Shown piece after piece: positions 28,960-39,846 of a stretch of DNA of 64,000 bases. The notes below the pieces were generated by a model. That model was not told the origin of the DNA and ran no database searches. It saw only the letters and a list, made by a program, of their open reading frames with translations. The stretch is from a virus. Lineage: Duplodnaviria; Caudoviricetes. A program made the translations under genes and the position numbers. The stretch lies in the IMG/VR virus record IMGVR_UViG_2574180309_000001, positions 1 to 64,000 of that record. The stretch is one strand, 5' to 3'. Position 1 is the stretch's first letter. Every line of letters begins with the position of its first letter.

Positions 28960-29589
28960 ATGGGACGAGGAAACAGAGGTATGGCATTTGAGAAGCTTAT
29001 CAATCTATCGAATGAAATGTATCAACGCGAGGGAGTAGCGCTTATAAACAAGCGTGCAACTCCTGTAAAGGTGTTAAAAAGTGCTGGTGGACGAGTATTA
29101 AATGGATTCTATGAAGCAAAGAGCACAGTAGACTATGACGGTGTATATAAGGGGCGAGCTGTAGCATTTGAAGCGAAGTCTACAGAGAAAGATACACGTT
29201 TTGATTTGAAGAACATTGCACAGCATCAGTTGGATTACTTGGAGAAAGCAGAGAAGATGGGAGCGATATGCTTCTTCCTTATAGAATTCAGTAAGGATAA
29301 TTCAGTATTCGCAGTGCCACTATCAGTCATTCAATCGTATGTAAGGATGTCTCATCAACCAAAGGGTAAGAAGTCTATACCAAGAGCAGACTTTGATATT
29401 TATGGGTATTTAGTAGAACAGACAGAACGAGCACCAGTGGATTACTTACAATACGTAGATGTAGCAGTAGCTCCAGTTATGTTTGATGGCATGATTCAGA
29501 TTGATCAGGACCATAAGAAAGTAGCGAATAACATTGAGGTAGCAAAAGAGAAGATGGCTAATAAGAAACGTAAGTTATTAAAGGCTTAA
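28960..29589 (+). CDS. recU: RecU-family Holliday junction resolvase
   Basis: NRGMAFE, STVDYDGVYKG, FEAKST, HQ. Confidence 0.9.
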   Translation: MGRGNRGMAFEKLINLSNEMYQREGVALINKRATPVKVLKSAGGRVLNGFYEAKSTVDYDGVYKGRAVAFEAKSTEKDTRFDLKNIAQHQLDYLEKAEKMGAICFFLIEFSKDNSVFAVPLSVIQSYVRMSHQPKGKKSIPRADFDIYGYLVEQTERAPVDYLQYVDVAVAPVMFDGMIQIDQDHKKVANNIEVAKEKMANKKRKLLKA

Positions 29590-29727
29590 TGGATAACGGA
29601 ACCATGCAGAGTGGATGATGGGGGCTACTCGCTATGCATGGTTCCCTTATTCAATAATAAGATAGTAAAATTTCACGTACCTGATGTGAATGTAAAAACT
29701 AAAATTCAGAAATAGGGGGATTCCTTC

Positions 29728-30111
29728 ATGGAACAATTAGCATTCCTACCAATAATGGACAAAGAGATGGAGAAAAAGATGCAAAAGGAAGTTGTGAGCA
29801 TTCTAAAAGAGTATCGCGCCTTAAAAGCACGTTTTGAGAATGAAATGGAGCAACAACAAGAGGGAATTAGTCTGTTTCCTGAGATAAGGAATACAAGACA
29901 TGTCAGTAATATCAAATTCAAGCAAATTGATAAGGCTTTACAACACGTTTTAGATTATGATGAGGCAGAGATTATTAAGATGAAGTATTTGAATGGTGGG
30001 AAGTTAAAGGATAGTTTTATCTACACTGAATTATCAATGAAGAAAGATCATTTCTATTATAAGAAGAAAAATGCTATTCGATTAATCGCAACTTCATTGG
30101 GTATGATTTGA
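29728..30111 (+). CDS. ArpU-family late transcriptional activator
   Basis: IIKMKYL...YYKKKNAIRLIA; lies before the late region. Confidence 0.85.
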   Translation: MEQLAFLPIMDKEMEKKMQKEVVSILKEYRALKARFENEMEQQQEGISLFPEIRNTRHVSNIKFKQIDKALQHVLDYDEAEIIKMKYLNGGKLKDSFIYTELSMKKDHFYYKKKNAIRLIATSLGMI

Positions 30112-30200
30112 AGATATAGAAAAATAGTGCATTATATAATATTCGTATGTTAATATATTATAGTTATTTATTTTTAATATATTAATAGGGAGATTAAAGC

Positions 30201-30701
30201 ATGTTTAAGAAAACGAAATTATTATTTGCTATATTTACTAGTATGATTATTTTACTTGTAGGCTGCGGAGGACCTGAAATACCTTATAAAAAAGGAGAGG
30301 TCTACAATTATAAAGATGGTGATGCTTTTGTTAACATCACAGAAGATAATGAATGGAAAGTTAAGGGTGGCCGTGGAATGAAATCAGAAGCCATTTATAA
30401 GGTTGAACCTATGGATGAGTTTAATGCAGGCCCTTACTCTGTTATAAAAATATCCTTGAAAGAAGTCATTAGTAAGAAAGATCCTTGGCTTATTAGACAA
30501 GACTATGAATACTATATTCTGTCACCGATGGAAGAAGGATTTGGAACGGTATATATAAGTTCTTCTTATCAAGATGATAAAGATTTGAAGAAATTTAGAA
30601 AGCAGTTTGAAAGTGCAGATGACAAAGAAGCATTTATGAAACAAGAGATAGAGAAAGAGAAAAAGAAGTATCGCTTAAATAAATTTAGAAAAACAAGTTA
30701 A
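30201..30701 (+). CDS. Lipoprotein (moron)
   Basis: Lipobox LVGC. Confidence 0.75.
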   Translation: MFKKTKLLFAIFTSMIILLVGCGGPEIPYKKGEVYNYKDGDAFVNITEDNEWKVKGGRGMKSEAIYKVEPMDEFNAGPYSVIKISLKEVISKKDPWLIRQDYEYYILSPMEEGFGTVYISSSYQDDKDLKKFRKQFESADDKEAFMKQEIEKEKKKYRLNKFRKTS

Positions 30702-30844
30702 TAATTGATGGAGTTATTAGATAAATAGTAAATGTAGAGCAGGGTCATTAAAGTGATTCTGTTCTTTTTATATTTAAAAACGTCGACAAAACGCCGATAA
30801 AAAAGGGGGAATTTTAAAAATGAAAATAGCGATAAATTATATGT

Positions 30845-31640
30845 ACAAGCCCTTTGACAACCGTATATCGAAGAGGATTAGTACACCTATAAGTGAAACG
30901 TTCTTATGCGAGAATGTCACGGTAACGTATACCGCATAGTAGGGCGGGCAAGGCGGTACGAACCCGCGTTCAGACGAAAAGACCAATGAATGTATAACAA
31001 TGACATATTCCAGTGTGGCGGGTGTGAGATAACTCGCATTCGTCATGCTGTTTCTATTGTATTTATCAATCAGCTCGGAATGCGTCCTCTGGGTTGATAA
31101 TAAATATAAGTCTATTTCTCTCTAATATGTCGGTTCTTGAAAATGGAATGGAGGTGGTTGCTCATGATTGAGTGACATTTGCATTCTAAAAAGCTAAAAA
31201 GTATACGTATCTCGTACATTAGTAATTACCCATGATTCTTATTAATGACCAAAACGAGGGCAAAGAGTTCCACTCTTTGTTTGAGCCAATACAGCGAAAA
31301 CATTCCCCTTCCGTCCCTCTAGTGTATTGGTTCAAACAAGGCGTTGGAAGATTCATATACGTCTTGGATATAAACCCTTTATAATTCGATATTGGTCAGC
31401 TAAGGGCCGCGACACCCGATGTATTGACCGACTCTACGGAGTATAAACGAGAAGACTCCTAGTCTTCTCTCAGCCACCGAACGTAAAGCGCGTAGCTAAT
31501 AAGAGCTAAAAAATTACATGATGCGGTGGCTTGGAGAAGGTTGAGGGTATTCAGCCTTGATCTAAGAGAAACTTTTGCCATTTGTTTTCTCTCTTTTCTC
31601 CCATCCCCTTGAAAGCTGTCACTTCGGTGATGGCTTTTTG
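30845..31640 (+). ncRNA. Candidate long structured non-coding region
   Basis: ~800 nt without a credible ORF, richer in GC, many hairpins, ends in a terminator at 31612-31640. Confidence 0.45.
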
Positions 31641-31699
31641 TTATGTAGGATATTCTGTTATTTTGTCGAATAGATAGAGTAGGAGAGGAGGAATATAAT

Positions 31700-31900
31700 A
31701 TGAAAAGATTTTCGGTTACTGTACATTGGATTGGTGGAGGAAATGAAGAATATGTTATTTCCTATAAAAGAAGCGACGCCACAACAGATGATGTTGAGCA
31801 ATACATTATAAGAAATGAATACCGTTTTATAAAGCTTGGTGAAGAGTTGGTCAATCTTGATAATATATTAGCGATAAAAGTTAATGAAATCGGTAACTAA
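31700..31900 (+). CDS. Hypothetical protein
   Basis: RBS GAGGAGG; own terminator. Confidence 0.7.
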   Translation: MKRFSVTVHWIGGGNEEYVISYKRSDATTDDVEQYIIRNEYRFIKLGEELVNLDNILAIKVNEIGN

Positions 31901-32439
31901 AACTAACTACTAAAGAAAAAGCATCCAAAATGGGTGCTTTTTTCTTTGTTATATAGAAATTACACATTAAACGTATTTAATGAGTTTGCTAAGTATAAAG
32001 ACAATCGATAATCATACAATGATATGGAAGGGTCTTTTCTAACGTGTTAGTTACCTCAAAGTATATGTATCTTTTGGCGCCTGGGCGAGGGTGCTTTTTT
32101 TATTGCACATTATGATAAGGACAAGCATATATTAAAGTGTAGGACAAGTTCACTCGCTTGTATCCTATTTCAATACTCATAGAAAACCCCTTATCACATT
32201 AAGAGCACCCAACCATTGGATGCTCTTTTAAAATTATCTTATTCATATCGAAAATGTTTTAACATACAATAAGGTGAGAGTAGGCAAAAGAGTCAACGAT
32301 ACTCTAATAATTTGAAAGAGCGTCCATTGCAGGTGCTCTTTTATTTTGAACAAAATGGACATTTGGTTTAAAGGATTCTATATAAATAGGTAGAATCTAA
32401 TTACTTGGTTCACATTTTAATCCAAGGGGTACAAATTCG

Positions 32440-32631
32440 ATGCGACGTGAAAAGGATTTGTTGAAACAATGGAAGGCGGATTTGCAAGCTGTTCAAGAAG
32501 AGAAAAGGCTGAAGAAGAAAGCTAAGAAAAAGAATAAGAAATATAGCATTCCGGGTAATACAGCTGACTTCATGGATGGCAAGAATACTTATCGTAAAGA
32601 GAATGGGGTATGGAAGCAAAGAAATAAATAA
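32440..32631 (+). CDS. Small basic protein
   Basis: ORF track. Confidence 0.55.
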   Translation: MRREKDLLKQWKADLQAVQEEKRLKKKAKKKNKKYSIPGNTADFMDGKNTYRKENGVWKQRNK

Positions 32632-32759
32632 TGTGAGGATAAATGATTTTGATTAAATGTATAGGAATTATAGTAGGCGCTGCCTTGATTTGGGCGGCGT
32701 CTTATTTGTTGTTAAGGAAAGATAAGGATTAACAAAACAAACGAACACAACGAGTGAAA

Positions 32760-32897
32760 ATAAAACTGTCTAAAAGTTGACCCTTTTGTACAGTTGAAAT
32801 GTATAGGGTAAAAACTTTGTAAACAGATAGTTGTTAATGTCTAAAAGGTAGTCTAAAATAAAAGTGTATAATTCTTAAGACTTTTAGACTATTTTGA
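32760..32897. promoter_or_regulatory. Putative res site
   Basis: Direct and inverted GTCTAAAA/TTTTAGAC motifs upstream of the resolvase. Confidence 0.5.
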
Positions 32898-32907
32898 GGT
32901 GATTTGG

Positions 32908-33483
32908 ATGGCTATCGTTGGTTATGCAAGGGTGAGTACAAAAGATCAAAACTTAGATGCACAAATTGAAAGGTTAACAGAATATGGATGTGAAAAGATA
33001 TATTCTGAAAAGTACAGTGGAGCTAATAGTGATCGGGAAGAATTGCAAAAGGCATTAGAGTATATGAGAGAAGGGGATAAATTTGTTGTTTGTAAAATAG
33101 ATCGTTTAGCTAGATCGATATTTGATTTGCATAAGATTGTAAATCAATTAGCTGATCGAGGAATAGCGGTAGTATTTCTTAAAGAACAAATTGATTTCTC
33201 TACACCAGCAGGTAAATTGATGTTTACTATGTTAGGGGCTATTGCTGAGTTTGAAAGGGATTTAATTAACGAAAGAACAGCTGAAGGAAGAGAAAGAGCT
33301 AAAGCAATGGGCAAACATATGGGACGTAAGGGGCAGGATGAAAAACAGGTGAAGCAGGCTATGAACTTATTCTTTAATAGGAAAGAGAATGGTTTGAGTG
33401 TAAATGATATTTCAAAAATGACGGGAGTTCCGCGTTCTACTATTTATGCTAAGGCGAAAGAATTAAAAGAGGAGGAATTATGA
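32908..33483 (+). CDS. Small serine recombinase (resolvase)
   Basis: GYARVSTKDQ, DRLARS, C-terminal HTH. Confidence 0.93.
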   Translation: MAIVGYARVSTKDQNLDAQIERLTEYGCEKIYSEKYSGANSDREELQKALEYMREGDKFVVCKIDRLARSIFDLHKIVNQLADRGIAVVFLKEQIDFSTPAGKLMFTMLGAIAEFERDLINERTAEGRERAKAMGKHMGRKGQDEKQVKQAMNLFFNRKENGLSVNDISKMTGVPRSTIYAKAKELKEEEL

Positions 33484-33674
33484 TGGAGGAATACGAACAG
33501 CTACGGCAGGAATTTTGAAATATAAGTAACCAGTTAAAGTAGCGAATCCGCTGCTTTTTTATTTTATAAAAAAAGAACCTGCAAACCTGCAGATTCTCCT
33601 GATAATGATTTATGAAGTAAGACCCGAAAATATAATACAATGATTCGAAAATGAGTTCAAGAGTGTTTGGTGAT

Positions 33675-33905
33675 TTAAGCCACTCTATAATCTTTGTTTT
33701 TAAGCTTTTTTCTAGTATCCATGAATCCTATAATCATTATCGCCATGCATATTAACTTAAGCCAACGAACCTCCTGGTGGTACATTAGCCCAGAAAAGAA
33801 TTCATAGGCATATAACAAACCGACAATTGGAAATAGCCAAGTCATAAATTTCAAATCTTTTAGATGAAACTTATAATTATTAATCTTTTTCCACATATGT
33901 ATCAA
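33675..33905 (-). CDS. Small membrane protein
   Basis: Two TM segments. Confidence 0.65.
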   Translation of the reverse strand: MIHMWKKINNYKFHLKDLKFMTWLFPIVGLLYAYEFFSGLMYHQEVRWLKLICMAIMIIGFMDTRKKLKNKDYRVA

Positions 33906-33914
33906 CTCCTATTG

Positions 33915-34121
33915 TTATGAGGTTCTGTAGTTTTTCTTTTTGAAATCTCGCATGTTGAGGATAAAGAATAGAAGGAAGATAACAGCTCCGATGCCATTAA
34001 TCCAGTAGTATGTGCGCCCTGTTGTGAATCCGTTATAGAATTCATAGGCATTCCAAATTACAAGAAGTACTGAGCAGACAGTAGAGACCATTAATGAGCC
34101 AAAACTTCTCATGATTTTCAC
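33915..34121 (-). CDS. Small membrane protein, paralogue-like of its neighbour
   Basis: Shares AYEF..G and K..YR with 33675-33905. Confidence 0.65.
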   Translation of the reverse strand: MKIMRSFGSLMVSTVCSVLLVIWNAYEFYNGFTTGRTYYWINGIGAVIFLLFFILNMRDFKKKNYRTS

Positions 34122-34338
34122 CTCGATTCAAAATGTTAGAACTTATTTATAATTTTACATTTAAATAAATAGATTTACAAGAAGAGGGAATAATAAAAAG
34201 AACCCGCTGGAGTTCGGGTCCTTTCAGAAGTGATGATGTATTCTCGGCTTGGGAACTGAGAAAAACACAAAAATATAATACATCGAGTTTTAGGGAATTT
34301 CAAGAATAAATTAGAGTGATTTTGGAGGATGATGAATA

Positions 34339-34551
34339 ATGAAACTAACTAAACAAGAACAAGCGATTGCAATTGGTACATTCATTTCGATGTTGGGACA
34401 GGACTTTGTAAATGAGCGCATCGATAAACAGAAATTAGAAAGTGCAATTCCAATCTTTAATGAGTTAGAAGATAACACAACACCAAAGCAAAAGAGAGAA
34501 GCAATGGTTAGTTTGCTCGATAAAACAATGGAAGAATTCCTAAAAGCTTAA
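34339..34551 (+). CDS. Hypothetical phage protein
   Basis: RBS GGAGG. Confidence 0.65.
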   Translation: MKLTKQEQAIAIGTFISMLGQDFVNERIDKQKLESAIPIFNELEDNTTPKQKREAMVSLLDKTMEEFLKA

Positions 34552-34584
34552 AAAACTAATAGAGCCTATCGTGAGGTGGTGGTT

Positions 34585-35499
34585 ATGGCTAGACAACGTA
34601 GCGCGGACAGAGATAAAGCATTTGAAATATATAAAGTAAGTAAAGGTGAGAAGCCATTAATTGATATTGCTACTGAGTTAAACCTTAAACCTTCGCAGAT
34701 CAGAAAGTGGAAATCACAAGACAAATGGGATGAACAAATGAATGGTAACGTTACTATTGCGAAAAGGAGCGTTACTAATGTTAAAAATCCCAAAACGAAA
34801 GAAAAACTGAAAGAGATTTTAGAAGATGAAGAGTTGACCGAAAAGGAAAGGCTCTTTTGTTTGTATTATGTGAAATACTTCAATGGTACACAAGCTGCAC
34901 TGAAGGCTGGATACTCCAAAGACGGCGCTCATGTACAGGCTAGTCGATTGCTAAGACGTGAACGAGTTTCTTCCTATATAAAAGAGCTTAAAGGTGAGTT
35001 AATCGAGAATGTATTTGTGGAAGCCATGGATGTGCTTAAAGAGTACATTAAGATTGCTTTTGCTGATATTACTAACTATGTAACCTTTGGACAGAAGGAA
35101 GTACCTGTAATGGGGATGTTTGGCCCGATGAAAGATGAATCCGGTAAAGAAATAACTCGTATCATAAATTATGTAGATTTACACGAGGCTGACATGGTTG
35201 ATGGTTCTATAATAACCGAAGTAAAACTCGGAAAAGATGGCGTGTCAGTAAAACTTGCTGACAAGATGAAAGCACTGGACAAACTATCTCAGTACTTTGA
35301 CTTAGTACCTGACAATTTCAAACGTAAAATCGAAGAAGAACGCCACAAAATCCAGATGGAAGTGCAGAAAGCTCAAATTGATAAAATTAAAGCAGATACT
35401 TCTCGTATTAAAGGTGATGAAGGTGAAGAGTATGAAGATGACGGATTCATCGATGCGTTAGAAGGTAAAACAGCAGAGGTGTGGGAAGATGAAACTTAA
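34585..35499 (+). CDS. terS: Terminase small subunit
   Basis: IRKWKSQDKW HTH; FNGTQAALKAGYS. Confidence 0.9.
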   Translation: MARQRSADRDKAFEIYKVSKGEKPLIDIATELNLKPSQIRKWKSQDKWDEQMNGNVTIAKRSVTNVKNPKTKEKLKEILEDEELTEKERLFCLYYVKYFNGTQAALKAGYSKDGAHVQASRLLRRERVSSYIKELKGELIENVFVEAMDVLKEYIKIAFADITNYVTFGQKEVPVMGMFGPMKDESGKEITRIINYVDLHEADMVDGSIITEVKLGKDGVSVKLADKMKALDKLSQYFDLVPDNFKRKIEEERHKIQMEVQKAQIDKIKADTSRIKGDEGEEYEDDGFIDALEGKTAEVWEDET

Positions 35500-36763
35500 A
35501 CCTGCCCCTTTTAAATTTAGACCATTCTCAAAGAAACAATTACAAGTACTCACTTGGTGGAGAAAAGATTCACCTGTGAAGGACCATGACGGCATTATAT
35601 GCGATGGTTCTATTCGTGCTGGCAAAACTGTTTCGATGGCTCTTTCTTATGTTATGTGGGGAACTGAAACATTTAATGGTGAAAACCTAGGTATGGCAGG
35701 TAAAACAATTGGATCACTGCGACGCAACGTAATTACTCCATTAAAGAAGATGTTAAAATCACGTAAATATAAAGTGAAAGACCATCTATCAGAGAACATG
35801 CTTACCATTAGTAAAGATAGCCATACGAATCATTTCTATATATTTGGTGGTAAGGACGAATCATCACAAGAACTTATCCAAGGTATTACATTAGCTGGTA
35901 TGTTTTTTGATGAAGTTGCTCTTATGCCACAAAGCTTTGTGAACCAAGCGACAGGACGTTGTTCTATTGAAGGCTCAAAGTATTGGTTTAACTGTAACCC
36001 TGCCGGCCCGTATCATTGGTTCAAACTTGAATGGATAGATAATAAGGAAGATAAGAACCTGCTACATATTCATTTTACAATGGACGATAATCTTTCTTTA
36101 TCTGAAAAAGTGAAGCAAAGATACTATCGTATGTATAGTGGAGTCTTCTTTCAACGCTTCATTTTAGGTTTATGGGTGCTTGCAGAAGGTATTGTATATG
36201 ACATGTTTAACAAGGAAAAGCATGTTGTAAAAACAGTAGAAAGAGAATACGAGAAGTATTATGTATCTTGTGACTATGGTACACAGAACCCTATGACATA
36301 TGGACTATGGGGATTGTGTAAAGGTATATGGTACAAAACAAAAGAGTACCATTATGATGGTCGTAAAAATTCACGGCAAAAGACAGATGATGAGTATCTT
36401 GACGACCTAAAAGAATTCATCGGAGATATTTCTATTCGCGGGATTATAGTTGACCCATCAGCAGCTTCATTTATTGCTTTATTGAAAAAGAATCGATTCA
36501 AAGTGCTTAAAGCTAAGAATGAAGTTATAGATGGCATAAGAAATGTAGCGCGACTTCTTAATGAAGAGAAGATAAAATACAACGACTGCTGTAAAGAAAC
36601 ATTCCGTGAATACGCTTCTTATACTTGGGATGAAAAAGCTACAGCTCGTGGTGAAGATAAACCAAATAAAGAGAATGACCACCAAATGGATGGTGATCGT
36701 TACTTTGTAAATACAGTTGTTGTAACTAATAACAAAGCTAAGGCTGTTAAGTCAATCTATTAA
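35489..36763 (+). CDS. terL: Terminase large subunit (PBSX type)
   Basis: GSIRAGKT, FDE, CNP, DYG, DPSAASF, DHQMDGDRY. Confidence 0.93.
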   Translation: MKLKPAPFKFRPFSKKQLQVLTWWRKDSPVKDHDGIICDGSIRAGKTVSMALSYVMWGTETFNGENLGMAGKTIGSLRRNVITPLKKMLKSRKYKVKDHLSENMLTISKDSHTNHFYIFGGKDESSQELIQGITLAGMFFDEVALMPQSFVNQATGRCSIEGSKYWFNCNPAGPYHWFKLEWIDNKEDKNLLHIHFTMDDNLSLSEKVKQRYYRMYSGVFFQRFILGLWVLAEGIVYDMFNKEKHVVKTVEREYEKYYVSCDYGTQNPMTYGLWGLCKGIWYKTKEYHYDGRKNSRQKTDDEYLDDLKEFIGDISIRGIIVDPSAASFIALLKKNRFKVLKAKNEVIDGIRNVARLLNEEKIKYNDCCKETFREYASYTWDEKATARGEDKPNKENDHQMDGDRYFVNTVVVTNNKAKAVKSIY

Positions 36764-36775
36764 GGAGGTGAGACG

Positions 36776-38201
36776 ATGTTTGAACACTATATTCCGTTGC
36801 TGGATGAACAAAATGGCGAGCCTACATCAAAGTTACTAAAAAAAAATTATTGATGAGTTTGAACCATTAAAACAACGCATGATTAACAGGTACGAGCGAT
36901 ACAAAGCAAGTGAAAAGGGTGTACCTATCTTTACTCGCGAGTTTAAAGGTGATGGTAATAAAGATAAGGTTAACAATAAGCTAAACAATGACTTCTTTTC
37001 TGAAATTATCGATACAAAAATCGGTTATATGTTTGGGTTGCCTATCTCATACAGCTTAGATCATGAAGATGATGAAGTATTGAAACGTATTCAGGACTTT
37101 TTAAAAGCGAATCATACTGAGGATGCTGACGCAGAAACAGGGAAGTTCGCTTCTATTTGTGGATACGGAGCGAGACTACTGTATCACGATAAAGAAGGTA
37201 TCGAAAAGGTTATGAATATCAAACCTTACGAAGCTATATTTCTTACGAATTCAAGTATTGCAGAACCTAAATACGCTATACGCTGCTATCCAATCAAAGT
37301 AATTGATGGTGATGATTTCAAGGATGGTTACAAAGTAGAGTTTTACAATGAAACAAACATTATTGAGTACACTGGTGAAGGTTTAGATAAGTTAACAGAG
37401 ACTGACCGTATTCCAAACTTATTTAAAGGTGTGCCACTTATTGGGTTTCCTAATAATGAAGAATTACAAGGCGATGTAGATAAAGCTATATCACTTATTG
37501 AAGGTTACGACCGTTCATTTTCCGATGTAAACAGTGAAATTGAACAGTTTCGTCTGGCTTATATGATCTTTAAAGGCGTTGATATAGATGATGATACTAT
37601 CGAGAAGCTAAAACAAACAGGAGCTCTTGATGTAGGTGAGAATGGTGAGGCTTCTTTTTTAACTAAGGACCTTAATGACAACATCTTAGAACACCATCTC
37701 GACAGATTAGAAAAGAATATATGCCGTTTCACAAAGCATGTGAACCTTTCTGATGAATCATTTGGTGGTAACCTTACTGGTGTTGCTATTCGTTACAAGT
37801 TATTAGCTTTAGAAACTAAATCAGGAACATTAGAAATGAAGTTTACTAAGTCATTGCGACAACAATTTAAGTTATTGTTTGACGCTTGGAACTTACGCTC
37901 AAATAAAGGAGAACTAGACTACCTTTGTATGACGTTTCAATTTACGCGAAACCTTCCAGCCAACTTAGCTGATGAAGCTGATGTGCAGTCTAAACTACAA
38001 GGTTTAGTAAGCGAAGAAACACGATTATCTATGTTATCTGTTGTTTCTGATCCGAAAGCGGAGATACAGAAGATGCAGGAAGAAGAGGCGGATTCCATGA
38101 ATCTCGACAAGGTAGGTGAGCCTAGTGGAATGGGACAAGAAGCAGAAACATCTCCAAAAGATAGAGGACGAACTGGAAAAGGCGATTCTCTACCTGTATA
38201 A
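36776..38201 (+). CDS. SPP1-type portal protein with a +1 frameshift in the A9 run at 36838-36846
   Basis: RBS AAGGAGGTG plus ATG at 36776, out of frame by one base with ORF 36879-38201; FGGNLTGVAIRYK. Confidence 0.85.
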
Positions 38202-39042
38202 AGATGCTTTAGAAGAAGTCAGAGGAATACTGGCTTTTTATTATGCCAAATATGCCGTAAATGAGCAGTTGAGTATGCAGGAAATGCGCCGATTCAATCG
38301 ATATAAGAGCATGCAAAGTGAACTGCAACACGTTATTAATGAAATAACATATGAGAAAAAGAAAACTCTCAATGAAACGCTCTCCAATCAGTATGGAGAG
38401 TCTTTTTATTATACGAGTTATCTCATCGAGAAAGAAGTCGGCGTGGCTCTTTCGTATGGTCTTCTTGACCCGAACGTCATTAAACGAGCGGTACAAATGC
38501 CAATCGATAAAATGACACTCAATCAAAGGTTAAGTACACATCGAGTACAGATAGTTAACCGAATACGCAGAGAGTTATCTATCGGTCTTAGAAAAGGCGA
38601 AGGATATGCAACAATGGCAAATCGGATTAAGCCGATACTTGATGGTGATGCGAAGAAAGCCCAAATGGTCGCTTGGACAGAAAGTGCTAGGGTGCAAAAC
38701 TTAGGTACTTATGACAGTGCTTCTCACGCTTTTGATGAAGGTGTATCAATGAAGAAGATTTGGATTTCTACATTAGATAAACGTACGCGTCCTACTCACC
38801 AAGCAGCAGATCATCAAAAAGTACCGTTTAAAGGATTATTTAAAGTCGGTGGTTATAGTTGCGAATATCCACATGATAGTAATTTACCTGCTAAAGAAGT
38901 TGTACGATGCCGCTGTACTTTCATTACTGAGGTAGCGGATGTTAGCTCATTCATTGAGAGAAGGGCCAGAAACCCAACTACAGGTAAGAATGAGGTGATT
39001 AGCGCAGTTAGTTACGAGGAATGGAAAGAATCTCTTGAATAA
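38116..39042 (+). CDS. Minor head morphogenesis protein (SPP1 gp7/Mu F)
   Basis: WISTLDKRTRPTH; CRC. Confidence 0.85.
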   Translation: MSLVEWDKKQKHLQKIEDELEKAILYLYKDALEEVRGILAFYYAKYAVNEQLSMQEMRRFNRYKSMQSELQHVINEITYEKKKTLNETLSNQYGESFYYTSYLIEKEVGVALSYGLLDPNVIKRAVQMPIDKMTLNQRLSTHRVQIVNRIRRELSIGLRKGEGYATMANRIKPILDGDAKKAQMVAWTESARVQNLGTYDSASHAFDEGVSMKKIWISTLDKRTRPTHQAADHQKVPFKGLFKVGGYSCEYPHDSNLPAKEVVRCRCTFITEVADVSSFIERRARNPTTGKNEVISAVSYEEWKESLE

Positions 39043-39114
39043 TAAAACACACGAGGGCTTATAAAATACGAACTAAATAGGGTGTATTCATAGGAACTCA
39101 GAGGAGGAATAATA

Positions 39115-39846
39115 ATGAAACAATTACAAAAGCAAGCGGAAGTACAGTTTTTAAAAGAAAGAGAACTAACAAAGTTACCGTTTCGTTTATCAAATCTGCA
39201 ATTCTTTTCTGATCCTGCAATACCTGCAGATGAGACACTACAGAATGAACAAACATCACCTGCGGATGATATAAAAGATTCACTAGTTGAAGAGCAAAAA
39301 GAACCGCCAGTTGGTGAACAAAAAGAACCGAAATTAGATGATGCAACAAAAACATTTATTGAGAAGATGGTACAATCAGCGGAAGATAGAGTGCGCTCTA
39401 AATATTCGAAAGAACTGAATGCAACAAAAAAGGAATTAGAGAACTATAAAACCGCTTCTATGACTGCACAAGAGAAAGCTGAATATGAGATGAAGCAACT
39501 TCAGGAACAACTAGAAGAGCGAGAAAGGGTACTTCATCAGAAAGAAATGCAGAGTGTTGCATCAGATGGTTTATCAGCGGTTGGATTGGATCTTAAATTT
39601 GTAGATTTTGTTATTGGTTCAGATGTAGAAGATACAAAAGTTAGGGTGTCAAAGTTTAATGATTTATTCTCTACTGCATTAGAAGTAAAAGTGGCTGAAA
39701 AGTTTAAAGCTGCTGGCCGAGAAATCCATGTTAGTGGCGGAACTGGAGGGGGATTTACGAGAGAACAAGTAAATTCAATGAGTCAAGCTGAAATTAATGC
39801 GAACTGGCCACAAATTCAGAAGGATATGCGCAATTGGGGTAAGTAG
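39115..39846 (+). CDS. Scaffold protein (DUF4355-like)
   Basis: NLQFF N-terminal motif, coiled coil, position. Confidence 0.8.
   Translation: MKQLQKQAEVQFLKERELTKLPFRLSNLQFFSDPAIPADETLQNEQTSPADDIKDSLVEEQKEPPVGEQKEPKLDDATKTFIEKMVQSAEDRVRSKYSKELNATKKELENYKTASMTAQEKAEYEMKQLQEQLEERERVLHQKEMQSVASDGLSAVGLDLKFVDFVIGSDVEDTKVRVSKFNDLFSTALEVKVAEKFKAAGREIHVSGGTGGGFTREQVNSMSQAEINANWPQIQKDMRNWGK

Noticed and set aside
30866-30925. Hammerhead ribozyme (GAAAC...GUC)
   Set aside because: No properly placed CUGANGA core; simpler to read as a hairpin
30845-31640. tRNA genes
   Set aside because: No cloverleaf with T-loop GTTCRA and acceptor stem found by eye
32908-33483. Prophage integrase
   Set aside because: Only ~190 aa with a C-terminal HTH; a resolvase-type enzyme lacking the large-serine-integrase domains
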